A stretch of 58,718 bases of DNA from contig JBOZIK010000001.1 in assembly GCA_051453625.1 (NCBI GenBank), positions 23,915,641-23,974,358 of the forward strand, written 5' to 3'. The notes below the pieces were generated by a model. The model saw only the letters and a list, made by a program, of their open reading frames with translations, had not been told where the DNA came from and did no database searches. The position numbers were made by a program, and so were the translations under genes. This DNA is from Welwitschia mirabilis. Its lineage: Eukaryota. Within the stretch, counting starts at the first letter, position 1. Each line of letters begins with the position of its first letter. Positions 14,466 through 26,965 of this stretch are shown in pieces.

Positions 14466-16344
14466 TGTATTTGTAAGCTAAAATTAACATTTTACACAAG
14501 TATAATTAATCAATTTAGCATAGGGAAAAATATTAAATTAATGGTTTTATTAAATATTAAAGTTTTCTACTAATTTTATTACCTTTATATGAAACTATAA
14601 ACTTCCTTTAATATGAGTATGTATATTATGGCCTTTAGAAGAACTATTTTCAAAATGAAGAACTTTTAGCATCAAATGCTGCATTGTCTTTCAGGACTAT
14701 TGATGGTGGCCTTTTAAGGGAAACTAATACTAAACTCATGTTTCTATAATGTTTTATAGAATTAATCACATTGGATGTATGGGCTCAATTAGATAATAAA
14801 TTAGAACTAACCTTAAACTCCAATGACATGTGGTAGAAGTACAAATTGACACATCGAAATAACATGTGGTGCAACAATGATAATTGAGATAAAGAGATAT
14901 CACATGATATTAATTTATAATATTATCAATAGTAAAAGAACACATTATTATCCTTTTTGCATAAGAATACATAACATCTTTATTTGTAACTATATGACAA
15001 ATGTATTTGTAACTCCCTCCTTATGTAACTATCCTTAAGAAGTAATTCCCCTTATGTAACTGCCATCTAATGCTTCAAGACAACATCTAATATAATCATA
15101 GTGTAATTTCACAAGCCTTTCCTCATCTATAAAAGGGCCTTGACACTTCATTGTAAACATATTTTCGTTTGCTTAATGTGGGAAAGACTTAGAGGCTTGC
15201 ACATTGTGGTGCTCTAATACCTTTGTTGAGGGTAAAATGTTTGAGACTAATTAAGAAGTCTTTCTTCTTCTCCTTCTTCATTGATGTAATATATATTCNN
15301 NNNNNNNNNNNNNNNNNNNNNNNNNNNNNNNNNNNNNNNNNNNNNNNNNNNNNNNNNNNNNNNNNNNNNNNNNNNNNNNNNNNNNNNNNNNNNNNNNNAC
15401 ATGTCAAATGTATTTGTAACTCCCTTCTTATGTAACTATCCTTAAGAAGTAATTCCCCTTATGTAAATGCCATCTAATGCTTCAAGAAAACATCTAATAT
15501 AATCATATTATAGTTTCACAAGCCTTTCCTCATCTATAAAAGGGCCTCGACACTTCATTGTAAACATATTTTCGTTTGCTCAATGTGGGAAAGACTTAGA
15601 GGCTTGCACGTTGTGGTGCTTTAATACCTTTATTGAGGGTAAAATGTTTGAGGCTAATTAAGAAGTCTTTCTTATTCTCCTTCTTCATTGATGTAATATA
15701 TATTCATTTTAGGTTTTAATATAAGATTTGGTTTAAGCCCTTTCATTGTTATTGTACAATTTGCTTGGCATTAGCAATGTTTAGGTAAGACTTGTGCTTG
15801 AAATAGGTTCATCTTTTTAATTAAAGATTAGAACATGATATTAGTAATATTTAGTTTAACTTATTTAATTATCAAGTTTTTTCAAACCATACTAATTATT
15901 CAAAGTTACTTTTATGATTTATAGTTTCTATTGTTTGATGTATCCTATGAACTTCTGTTCATACTTTTCATAATTTTAAAGGATTGTGAAGTATAAGGAG
16001 TACTAGATAACTCATCAACACTTATATGATGGATGAGATTATGCCTCTATGCTAAGCCTTAATGACTTGATAATTTATTGCATGTTTTAAAATACAGGAA
16101 TCATTAGAGTAAAGCAGTAGATTTGGATAAATCTCTAGATCCTTAGAACATTTCGATTTCCTTGCATTGTCGATTAAATATCACTACTTTCTTCTCAACT
16201 TTAGATTTTCATTTGTTTGAATTTTCTATTATAAGTTAAAGTATTATGTATCCTTTGATTAAAATTACCCCATATATCCTTATGAAAGAATAGTACTAAG
16301 TGTTTCACATAGTTTAAATTTCAATCATTATTGTACTTTAATCA
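14466..16344 (+). repeat. Solo LTR related to the LTRs of the 40555-50969 Athila element, in opposite orientation
   Basis: Shares ATATGRTGGATGAGATTATGCC (16024, matching the reverse complement of ~49953-49974) and the terminal blocks. Ends ...TTAATCA with no PBS after it. TATA-like CTATAAAAGGG at ~15127. The start is approximate and ~300 bp is duplicated across a gap. Confidence 0.7.
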
Positions 16345-17845
16345 TGTAATTTCTTGATGTCTTTCAGCATTTACCCTATAGTTCTACCTTCCTTGATGAT
16401 TGGTCTAGATTATGTTTGACTAATTTCCATCAATTCTTCCAAGATTTTTCAAGCATATTTCAAAGTTAAGTAAATTTCTAGTACATGTAAAATCTACAAG
16501 TTTCTTAGTTTGGCTATTGAATTAATTATAAAAGTAGTTAACAAGTTCTTATCTTAAAAATTAATTTACAAGCTTGGATGAGGGAGTAATTAAAAAAGTT
16601 CTTCTATTAAAAATTCATTTAAAAGCTTGGATGAGAAAGTAATTAAAAATCTTTTATAAGTTGTATCATAATCTTCATGATGAGGTTACGAAAAATTGAT
16701 GACTTCTTTTTTTTTCTTTTTCTCATGGTTGCTTAACTCATGAAAATTTTTATGAAAGCATTTTGAACTTGGATCCAAGTCTTAAGGCTTTTATGGGGGA
16801 TAGTTTTTAACTAATTTTTAGCCTTACCTCTAAGATTGAAAAAAAACGATAATGTAAGTCCTATCAGTTACCTTATTTTTTCCATTTTCTAAAGTGAGAA
16901 TGAGTTATTCTATTTTAGCTAAGTGTTGAAAAGGGTCTTCTTCATCATCTCTTGAGAAGGTAGGATAGGCTTACAAGTTTTTGAGTTCCACATCATCTCC
17001 ATTAGGTAGATCAAAGGAGTTTTAAATCTCTCTTTTTCTTTGAGCTATTAATTCCTTGAGGGTTAATGTGGTAGAGGTAGTAGTAGAAGCAAAGGCAAAA
17101 ATGTTTAGAGTTTTAGAAGGGAAAAATATTTAATAGGTAGGATATGAAGAGGAAAATGGTTTAAACAAATCACTTTTAAAAATAGATAAATTACTTTCTA
17201 AATATGAAAAGCATAATAATAATCTCGTTATATTCTATATTGAAACAAAATTTTCTAATCTCAAGTTCTTGAATTAAACCCTTATTTAATTACTTTATTG
17301 ATAAATTACTTCTCTTTTTTATGATTTTTCCATGTGACCATTCTTTAAATAGTGAAAAACGCAACATTTTAGACTTCCTTGAACTTCTTCCTAGTAATGG
17401 CACTAATATACTATAATGCAAATCATCTGATCAATTGACTACTTTCTTCCAATGAATCGTTTATCTTTGATACCTATAAATCTAAATAAAACTCACTCAA
17501 ACCATACTAGTATATGGGAGTTAACTTGAATATTATACTTTGGAGATGAATTCGAAATAGAAAATTATAAGATTGGTTGAATTAAAAAGAATATAATCTA
17601 AATGATTTCCTTTTCTAACTTTAGAATGATAAATTAATGAAAATGCAATAATGCAGTGAATCCATATAAGATGTGAATATGAGATACAAGCCTAGATGCA
17701 AAGCCTAATCAAGTGTACCAACTTGTTATTACCCAAGTTAGACCTCATAATCTATATCAATTACAAATAATTATTACTTAAATCAAGTAACAAAAACTAA
17801 AAGAAAGATTAGAAAGTAATTTAAAAGAATATTTTACTTAATAAA
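16345..17845 (-). mobile_element. Athila-like element C: gag remnant, tRNA-Asp-type PBS and part of the 5' LTR, which continues at 25587-25652
   Basis: Minus-strand gag AYPTFSRDDEEDPFQHLAK (~16975-16918). PBS 17388-17406 is TTCCTAGTAATGGCACTAA, a deaminated TCCCCGGCAACGGCGCCAA. The LTR resembles 31555-32887 on both sides of the copia insertion. Confidence 0.75.
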
Positions 17846-19194
17846 TATTGGAAAATCTAGTTTTGATGATTTCACTTGTCAAACATTTTGTGCCTTTACG
17901 TAGACATGTTGTTACAAGTACATTAGACCTTAAAAGTTTCTAGACCATGATGGATCTTCTAAGGAAATATCTCCTAAAAAGGATCAAATGCTAAACTACA
18001 AAATCAAGTGTTTGAAGATGTTTGAAAAATTGAATATGTCTTAAGTAAAAACATTTAACAAAAGTGAAGATGCCTAAAATGTACTGATCTAGAATAGGTA
18101 ACAAATTCAATTTGCTTTTCACTAATATTTTATGTTTTAGGTAAGCACCAAATTTATACATCACAGATTTATAATTACAAAGATCCAAGTATACTATAGT
18201 GCAAAATTCATAAGAATCTGAGCAAGTTGACTCAAGACGTCTACAAACGTGAAGATGTCTTGAAAGCAAATATCTATAAAATTCAAGATGACTTGACCCA
18301 AAGTTAATTTCAATTAAAAACAAAGTTACACATCCCAATCATAGGCATTAGCTATATATTGCATGGTAGTTATAGATTCAAATGACTACCTTCCAAGCTC
18401 AAATGAATAAATCTTTCTTATTATTATAAAGAATTGACATCAAGAATAAAATAAAAAAACATTTGACACTTTTATTAAATCAATTAAACTTACTAATATT
18501 AAAAGCATGAGTAAAGAAAACCTCTCACAAAGAAATTAAAAGATTTAGTAGTAAGAAACTAGCATTGTTTCATTTCTTAGATTTAAATCTTCATTGTAAT
18601 CATCTTCCTCATTTATATTCTTAACAACAACAACTTCAAGAATATTAAAGTCTTCATCAAAGCATACTTAGGATTGTTGTTGTATTACATTTTAGTTATT
18701 TCATTATGGACTATATTATTATTAAATACTATTGTGGAGTCCATTTCTTGAAATATCAAATACTTTATAAGGCAACACTTATAGAGGTTTGTATTAGTTA
18801 TTATGCTTTTAGGCACTTCTTAAATGTAATGTTATTAATCAGCCAGAAAACCATTATTTCCTTGTGGAGGAGAGAGTGTTGTATTATGAGAAGACTCTCA
18901 ATATTATAAAGGTTTATGGTGCACCTGTGAAAACCACTATTCCCTTTAAGAGAACTTGCAAGAGACTCTTACTTGTTGTAAGGTTGATGGTGTGATAGAA
19001 AACCACTATTTCTTGTAGGTCAAGAATATCTAGAGATGTGAGTAAAAGCTATCCTTTGTGTGTGGACATACCTAGGTTGGGAAACCACATTATTTGATAA
19101 GGTCTTTTATTATGCATTTTATTTTATTATTTGATTTAATATTTATGTGGTGAAACTTAATTACCCCTCCCTTGTAAGTTCAAATCAATCCTCA
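17846..19194 (+). repeat. 5' LTR of the Sirevirus-like element
   Basis: Runs TATTGGAAAATCTAG...ATCCTCA and is colinear with 24280-25581. Confidence 0.9.
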
Positions 19195-19245
19195 AGTGAT
19201 ATTAGGTGGATACTGATGAAAAGTAGTAACTTCCTTGAGAGAACT

Positions 19246-20702
19246 ATGGAAGGGATGCCATCTGTTAGACCTCTACTCTTCGATGGAAAAAGCTATTCTT
19301 ATTGAAAGATGAGGATGCAGGTGTACATATAATCTTTTAAATTTTAGATATGGTAGAGCATAGAATAAGGTTGCATAGACCCTGTGAAGATCATTATAAA
19401 TGTTGTAGCCAATACAACTACTCAAATCAAGAAAAGGTAAGACTAGAAAGAGGAAGAAAAAGGTGCATTCATGTATGGATCTAAAGCTAAAAATGATATT
19501 TATTCCACTTTATCTATAGAAGAGTTTAATAAAATAGAAGGTTGCAAAATAGCACAAGAAATTTGGAATGTTCCAAGCAGAATATATGAAGGTAATTCCA
19601 TTGTGAAACAATCTAAGCTTCTAGTTGAGACAAACTAATTTGAAAATTTGAAAATGAACTAAAAAGAGAGATAGTTCATGAGTACTTTATCAAAGTTGCA
19701 AACATCATAAATGCAATACATGGCATTGAAGAGGATATTTTAAAAGCAAAGCTACTACAAAAGATTGTTAGATCACTAACCCATAAATACAGGCTCAAAA
19801 CTATAGCCATGGAAGAATCTAGAGATTTCCGCACCATGAAAATAAAGACTTATAAATTCCACTTATGAAATGAACCTCATACAAGATGGATCCTTAAAGG
19901 AGAAACCTATTATACTTAAGACAAGCCAAATCACAAATTGGATATCAAAAGGAAAGGAAAAATAAGATCATGAAGAATATGATTCTAAGTATGAAGATGA
20001 GGAACTAACCTTCATTATGCAAAAAGTAAAAAGACTACTCTTACATAAGTATAATAAAAGAAATAAGATTAGAAAAAATGTAAGGGTAAATTAAATTATC
20101 TAATAATTTTTCTTTATTAAATGTTTTCAAAATAGAAAGTTGGATATGTGGAGGTAGAGGACATATTACCTTAGAATACTCTAGTACTAACAGATTGCAG
20201 GAAGATAAATAAAAGAAAAAGCCCAAAAGGAAGAAGTCATTCTTTGTTAAATGGGATGAAGGTGATCAGGCTTCAAAAAAAGAAGCATCAAATAATTAAA
20301 AAAAAAAATCCTTCTTGCATGGCTATAGCTCACATTAAAGATGAAAACAATGATTGAAAAGATGGGTATGATTTAGATACTAAGGATGACAGAGGTATGA
20401 ATATTCAAGAAAAATATGATTTAATTTATAAAACTTTTATCAATTTTCAAAGGTTATGTGCAAAGATCAAAAGGTTGCTTAATAATTGAAAAAAGAAATA
20501 TGAATAGAAAAAGAATACTTGCAGTAAATTATCCTTTGAAAACTTAGTCCTTAAAGCTGAGATTGGTAGACTAATATGTATTTTAAAGAATGTAAGATAG
20601 GAACTTTTGAATTTCAAAAAATTATTGAAAAATTTAATTAAGACAAAGGAACTTTGAATACCATGCTTGGACAAAGTAGAAGTATAAAAAATAATAGAGG
20701 AT
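19246..20702 (+). pseudogene. gag: Copia gag pseudogene
   Basis: Reads MEGMPSVRPLLFDGKSYSY*KMRM, then EEFNKIEGCKIAQEIW, KIVRSL and a zinc-knuckle relic WICGGRGHITLE (~20140). Many stops. Confidence 0.85.
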
Positions 20703-22619
20703 NNNNNNNNNNNNNNNNNNNNNNNNNNNNNNNNNNNNNNNNNNNNNNNNNNNNNNNNNNNNNNNNNNNNNNNNNNNNNNNNNNNNNNNNNNNNNNNNNN
20801 NNNNNNNNNNNNNNNNNNNNNNNNNNNNNNNNNNNNNNNNNNNNNNNNNNNNNNNNNNNNNNNNNNNNNNNNNNNNNNNNNNNNNNNNNNNNNNNNNNNN
20901 NNNNNNNNNNNNNNNNNNNNNNNNNNNNNNNNNNNNNNNNNNNNNNNNNNNNNNNNNNNNNNNNNNNNNNNNNNNNNNNNNNNNNNNNNNNNNNNNNNNN
21001 NNNNNNNNNNNNNNNNNNNNNNNNNNNNNNNNNNNNNNNNNNNNNNNNNNNNNNNNNNNNNNNNNNNNNNNNNNNNNNNNNNNNNNNNNNNNNNNNNNNN
21101 NNNNNNNNNNNNNNNNNNNNNNNNNNNNNATTAGGTAAGTAAACAGGTAACATTTTTAACATCTCAACACCATTGCATTTATCTTATGAGTAGATATTAT
21201 GATTAGATGTAGTTTGTATAGTTAAAAGTTAGATTATGTATGTGATATTTACCTACTCAAAGTATTATTATTATGGTTATAATAGTCATAGATTCTTTTT
21301 AAAAATATAGAAATTTTATTACACACATCTTTAGTTTTGTAGATGTCTCTAATGAAGATGTCTTAAATCTTCTATATGTCTTCTAACTAGATGTCTTAAC
21401 TTCTAAAAAAGTCTTGGAAGCATGAGTACATTATTTTAATTTTTCAAATTAGACATCTTGGGTTTTGTAGATATCCTAGTAGTAGGAAAATGTATTAAAA
21501 ATTTTTTAGCAATAGACATCTTGAAATATATCGATGTTTACTTTTTGCATTATAGATGTCTTAAAATTTATAGACTTCTTGACTATACTATTGTGGAAAC
21601 AAAAAAAGGCATAAAAACTAGGGTTTTGACCATTAGTAATAGCCAAAGGGACCATCAAATCTCATTTTTCAAGTATCTTCTCAACATGTGTTACCCTTAG
21701 ATGATTTTGTAGATTTCATTTCTCTTATATTTCTCTAGCTAGACATCTTAGATTTATGATAGATCCCAATAGTAAGCAAGAATAGATAATTTTCTTAAAT
21801 AGGTGCATATTTTTCCATTGTTTCTTGTATTTTAGTTGATCTTTAATTAGTTTCTAGTTCTATTTCATAAATATGATAAGAAGAAGGGGAGAAAGAACTT
21901 TTGGAGATAAAGAACAAGCTTACGAATGATTTAAAGCATAGTATGAACCTTAGTTATATCATGAGATAGTTAAAAGAAGATTAAGGGCATGGTTAAGAAA
22001 TTCCATTATTGCAAAAAGAACNNNNNNNNNNNNNNNNNNNNNNNNNNNNNNNNNNNNNNNNNNNNNNNNNNNNNNNNNNNNNNNNNNNNNNNNNNNNNNN
22101 NNNNNNNNNNNNNNNNNNNNNNNNNNNNNNNNNNNNNNNNNNNNNNNNNNNNNNNNNNNNNNNNNNNNNNNNNNNNNNNNNNNNNNNNNNNNNNNNNNNN
22201 NNNNNNNNNNNNNNNNNNNNNNNNNNNNNNNNNNNNNNNNNNNNNNNNNNNNNNNNNNNNNNNNNNNNNNNNNNNNNNNNNNNNNNNNNNNNNNNNNNNN
22301 NNNNNNNNNNNNNNNNNNNNNNNNNNNNNNNNNNNATATTTTGTTTGGGCATAGTGTAATAAATTTTGTTAAGGACATTGAGAGAAAGGATATAATGCCT
22401 CATGCATTTTTTCTTGCATTAGTAACTTTCTACAACATTTTGGTTAGAGAAGGTAGCTAAAACTATTGCAAACCTATGGAGACCTTCATTGTATATTACT
22501 TACTCATAGGTTTTTAGATAGATTTGTGTTAGCTTAATAATTAGCAGTGCAAACATTTTAGTACCACACATTAACCTTATTCATCAGAAGAAATCATTGC
22601 CAAAATTTAGTGAAAAATA

Positions 22620-23500
22620 GAGAGCATCTATATCACTAGGTAAAGGCACGAGCAGAAGGATACCACATATGAAGAGATAATTTTTCACTACTCTACATAG
22701 CTCTTCCTCAGTGAAAAAGGAACTAAAGGCTATTTCCAAGATGGTTAGCAAAAGTAAAAAAATCTTATAAGGTTGAAAAAGCACAAATTGACAACTAGTG
22801 AAGGAGAGACACCAATAGAGAGTTGGCAATCTATGAGGATTCCCATATGGTCAGATTCAGAGGAGGAAATAGAAGAGAAGGAAGAAAGACCATTAGCTCC
22901 ATTTGGCATAGGATATAACTTAGGCTGAGTAGTAGATAATGAGTCTTTAGAGGAGTCTTCTGGAGATGAGGTACAGGTTTAAGAGAAGTACTAAACTCTC
23001 ATAGAGACACATGTGCAAGGGAAGTCATAGGCTTCATGTCCTTCTCAATAGAGGATAGCAACATTGGAGATTAAGTCTAAGAGCTCAGATGCTCCATTGT
23101 TTATCTTTCATTTTTCTTGTTATGAGATTCAATTTCACAGACCTTCATAGCCACCATCATCATCTAGATCCTCTTCACTACCTCATGCACATTCTTCACC
23201 TCTATTTCATTCACCGTCACCTCCACCTTTGCACATAGAGTCCATTTAGGTTGAACCAACCTTATCCATTTAGATTTCATCCACATTTATAGAGATTTCC
23301 ACTGCTAAATTCTTTGGGACTTCTATCACTTCTCAAACATATCAATAAATGATGAGACAAGACTTTGAAGGCCTTGGTAAGACATCATAGTACTCCTCTA
23401 AGAAGAAACACATACACCACATCCATTTCATTGTCCTCTTACACATAAACCCCCTCCACAATCCATAATAGTAATGATAGTGATGAAGAAGATTAAGGTG
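22620..23500 (+). pseudogene. Possible env-like/extended-region ORF relic of the Sirevirus-like element
   Basis: Acidic (SDSEEEIEEKEE, ~22851) and Ser/Pro/His-rich (~23150-23230) coding-like stretches lie upstream of the 3' LTR, where Sirevirus extra ORFs are found. Confidence 0.4.
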
Positions 23501-24279
23501 AGCACTACATGAGTGATTTAGATCTCAATGATTAGAGCCTTCTATTGATGTCCAAAATGATAAAGAAGTATATGAAAAATCAATGATAGATTAGTTGGAT
23601 ACTTCAATTTTCAGGATGAGGAAACTCTATTGGGATTGGGACTCTTGATTATGAGATCTTAGATTGGATCTAAGAGTGTCATTAGTTGTATTGATAATTC
23701 CTCCTTATCATTTTGGCATACATCCATGTTGTTAAATACTTTTTTAATATCATGTTTGTTATTTCATTTATTGTGTTTAGCACATTTATCATTCTTATCT
23801 TATGCTTTTGTTACCACACTCTTACATATATACTACTCAAGTTTTTGATGATCAAGATCTTTTCACATGATGCTAACACAAATTTTATTAGTTATGATAT
23901 ATTGGTTGGCATACATTTTGAACTCCATGCTTTAAAAATGGGACATTTCCAAAACTATATTACAATGTTGAGATTATCAAATGTTTATATGCTTTATTAT
24001 CTTTATATACATATGTAAATGAAGAATAAATGATTCATCATCCATTTTTGTATATTTTACAAATTTGCTTAAGTAAATGTAAAATGTTTCTTATTCTAAT
24101 TTTTCAACTGGTATATACATATAAGTGATTTTTCTAATTTTAAATGGTACATATCATATCTATTACAACTAATAATTAATGTGCATTTCACTAGAAGAAA
24201 ATATCTGATTTAAATTAATTACTTGAGATTGTTCTAATCAGATTTTTCAAGTTTTAAACATCATCAAGAAGGGAGAGAT

Positions 24280-25581
24280 TATTGGAAAATCTAGTTTTAA
24301 TTACTCTACTTGTCAAAAATTTTGTGTCTTTATGTAGAAAGGTCATTATAAGTACATTAGACCTTGAAAGATACTTAATCATAATCGATATTTTAAGGTA
24401 ATATCTCACAAAAAGCATCAAATGCTAGGCTGCAAAATCAAGTGTTTGAAGACATCTAAGAAATTAAAGACATTTTAAGTAAAGACATTTGAAAAAGTGA
24501 AGACATCTAAAACGTACTGAGATGAAATAGGTAACAAAGTCAATTTGTTTTTGACTAATATTTTATGTTTTAGATGATCATAAAGGTCCAAGAATACTAT
24601 AGAGCAAAATTCATCAGAATCTAGGCAAGTTGACTTAAAACATCTACAAATGTGAAGACATATTGAAAGTAAATGTTTACAAAATTCAATATGTCTTGAT
24701 TTGAAGCTTACATCGATTATAAAGAAAGTTATGCACTTGAAGCATAAATGTTATTACAGATTCAAACAACTAAGTTTTAAGCTCAAACAGCTAGAACATT
24801 TTCATTGTTATAAAGAATTAACATTAAGAATTAAAGTAAAAAATTTTGATACTTCATTGAATTAATCAAAATTATAGATCTTGAAAGTATAAGTAAAGAG
24901 AACTTCTTATGAAGAAATTAAACTTATAGATCTAGTAGCAATGAGCTAGCATTTTTTCATCTCTTGGATTTGAATCTTCATTGTAATCATCTTTCGTAGT
25001 CATACTTATAACAGTAATAATAACTTCAAGGATCTTAAAGTCTTCATCAAAGCATACTCAGGGTGGTTATTGTATTGCATTTTGGTTATTTCATTGTGAA
25101 CTATTTTATTATTAAATACTATTATAGAATCCATTTCTTAAAACATTAAATACTTTGTAAGGCACCCCTTATAGGGATGTGCATTGGTTATTGTGCTTTA
25201 AGGCACTTATTGAATTTAAGGTTGTTAGTTAGCCAAAAAATCATTATTCCCTTGTAGAGAAGAGAGTGCTACATTGTGAGAAGACTTTCATTATTATAAA
25301 GATTTATGGTGCATCTATGAGAACCACTATCTCCTTGAGGGGAAGAGAGTTTTTCCTTCCACTTGTTGTAAGGTTTGTGGTGTATCAAAAACCCATTATT
25401 TCTTACAGGTCAAGAATATCCATAGGTGTGAGTAGAAGATAACCTCTTTGTTTGGATAAATTCAAGTTGAGAAACCACGTTATTTGATAAGGTCTTTCAT
25501 TATGCTTTTTTTTTTCTTTGGTTTAAATTTTATGTGGTGGAACTTATTCACCCCTCCCCTCTAAGTTCAAATTAATCCTCA
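24280..25581 (+). repeat. 3' LTR of the Sirevirus-like element
   Basis: Runs TATTGGAAAATCTAG...ATCCTCA, follows the PPT and is followed by TSD ATAAA. Confidence 0.9.
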
Positions 25582-26449
25582 ATAAATTTATTAATTAAAA
25601 TTTCCACATACTTTTACAAAGTAGGAATGCCTTAATGAAGGAGACATATCCCNNNNNNNNNNNNNNNNNNNNNNNNNNNNNNNNNNNNNNNNNNNNNNNN
25701 NNNNNNNNNNNNNNNNNNNNNNNNNNNNNNNNNNNNNNNNNNNNNNNNNNNNNNNNNNNNNNNNNNNNNNNNNNNNNNNNNNNNNNNNNNNNNNNNNNNN
25801 NNNNNNNNNNNNNNNNNNNNNNNNNNNNNNNNNNNNNNNNNNNNNNNNNNNNNNNNNNNNNNNNNNNNNNNNNNNNNNNNNNNNNNNNNNNNNNNNNNNN
25901 NNNNNNNNNNNNNNNNNNNNNNNNNNNNNNNNNNNNNNNNNNNNNNNNNNNNNNNNNNNNNNNNNNNNNNNNNNNNNNNNNNNNNNNNNNNNNNNNNNNN
26001 NNNNNNNNNNNNNNNNNNNNNNNNNNNNNNNNNNNNNNNNNNNNNNNNNNNNNNNNNNNNNNNNNNNNNNNNNNNNNNNNNNNNNNNNNNNNNNNNNNNN
26101 NNNNNNNNNNNNNNNNNNNNNNNNNNNNNNNNNNNNNNNNNNNNNNNNNNNNNNNNNNNNNNNNNNNNNNNNNNNNNNNNNNNNNNNNNNNNNNNNNNNN
26201 NNNNNNNNNNNNNNNNNNNNNNNNNNNNNNNNNNNNNNNNNNNNNNNNNNNNNNNNNNNNNNNNNNNNNNNTTCAATGAGGATGGATCCCTCGCTTAATC
26301 AGACTCCAAATTATTACAATACCAATTAATGCACCAAAGATAAGTAAATTAAAAACTTAAGAAAGAAAGGGGGGGTTGTTATAGATTTGTATTAACTATT
26401 TAGGTCACTAAGGAGTAGTAATAGATCAAGAGCAATCATATCACTAATT

Positions 26450-26965
26450 TTATAATATCTTCTTAGTGTAAGGTCTTCTTCCACATGTCTTCTTTATGTA
26501 ACATCGTCTTAATGTAATGTCCTCTTGATGTATCATCTTATTGATATAGTATCACCTTGGTATAATATCTTTTGATGTAATATCTTTTACTATAACATCT
26601 TCTTGCTGCAATGTCTTCTTAGTGTAATGTATTCTCAATTATGTGGAATTTCTTCTTGATGTAATGTCTTCTTAATATAACATCTTCTTAGTGTAACATA
26701 TTCTTAATTATGTGGAATGTCTTATTGATATAATGTCTTCTTTATGTAATGTCTTCTTCCATATGTCTTCTTAATGTAACATCTTCTTAATATAATAAAT
26801 TTTTAATGCAACATCTTCTTGACATAATGTCTTTTTTATGTAACATATTCTTGATATAACATCTTCTTGATTATGTGGAATGTCTTTTTGATGTAATTTC
26901 TTCTTGGTGTAACATCTTCTTTGCATAACATCTTCTTCACATAATATCTTCTTCGTAATCTTCTT
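26450..26965. repeat. ~16-bp degenerate minisatellite (YRTAAYRTCTTCTTRA), probably inside an LTR starting at 26377
   Basis: Many adjacent copies such as TGTAATGTCTTCTTAA, TATAACATCTTCTTAG and CATAACATCTTCTT. Upstream is a PPT-like AAGAAAGAAAGGGGGGG followed by TGTT. Confidence 0.85.

Larger units (their letters stand above)
17846..25581 (+). mobile_element. Sirevirus-like Ty1/copia element with both LTRs and TSD, apparently lacking pol
   Basis: TSD ATAAA at 17841-17845 and 25582-25586. Paired LTRs, degenerate Met PBS TGATATTAG at ~19197, PPT AAGAAGGGAGAGAT at 24266-24279, and a C-rich ATTCACCCCTCCCCTCT motif near the LTR 3' end. Confidence 0.9.
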
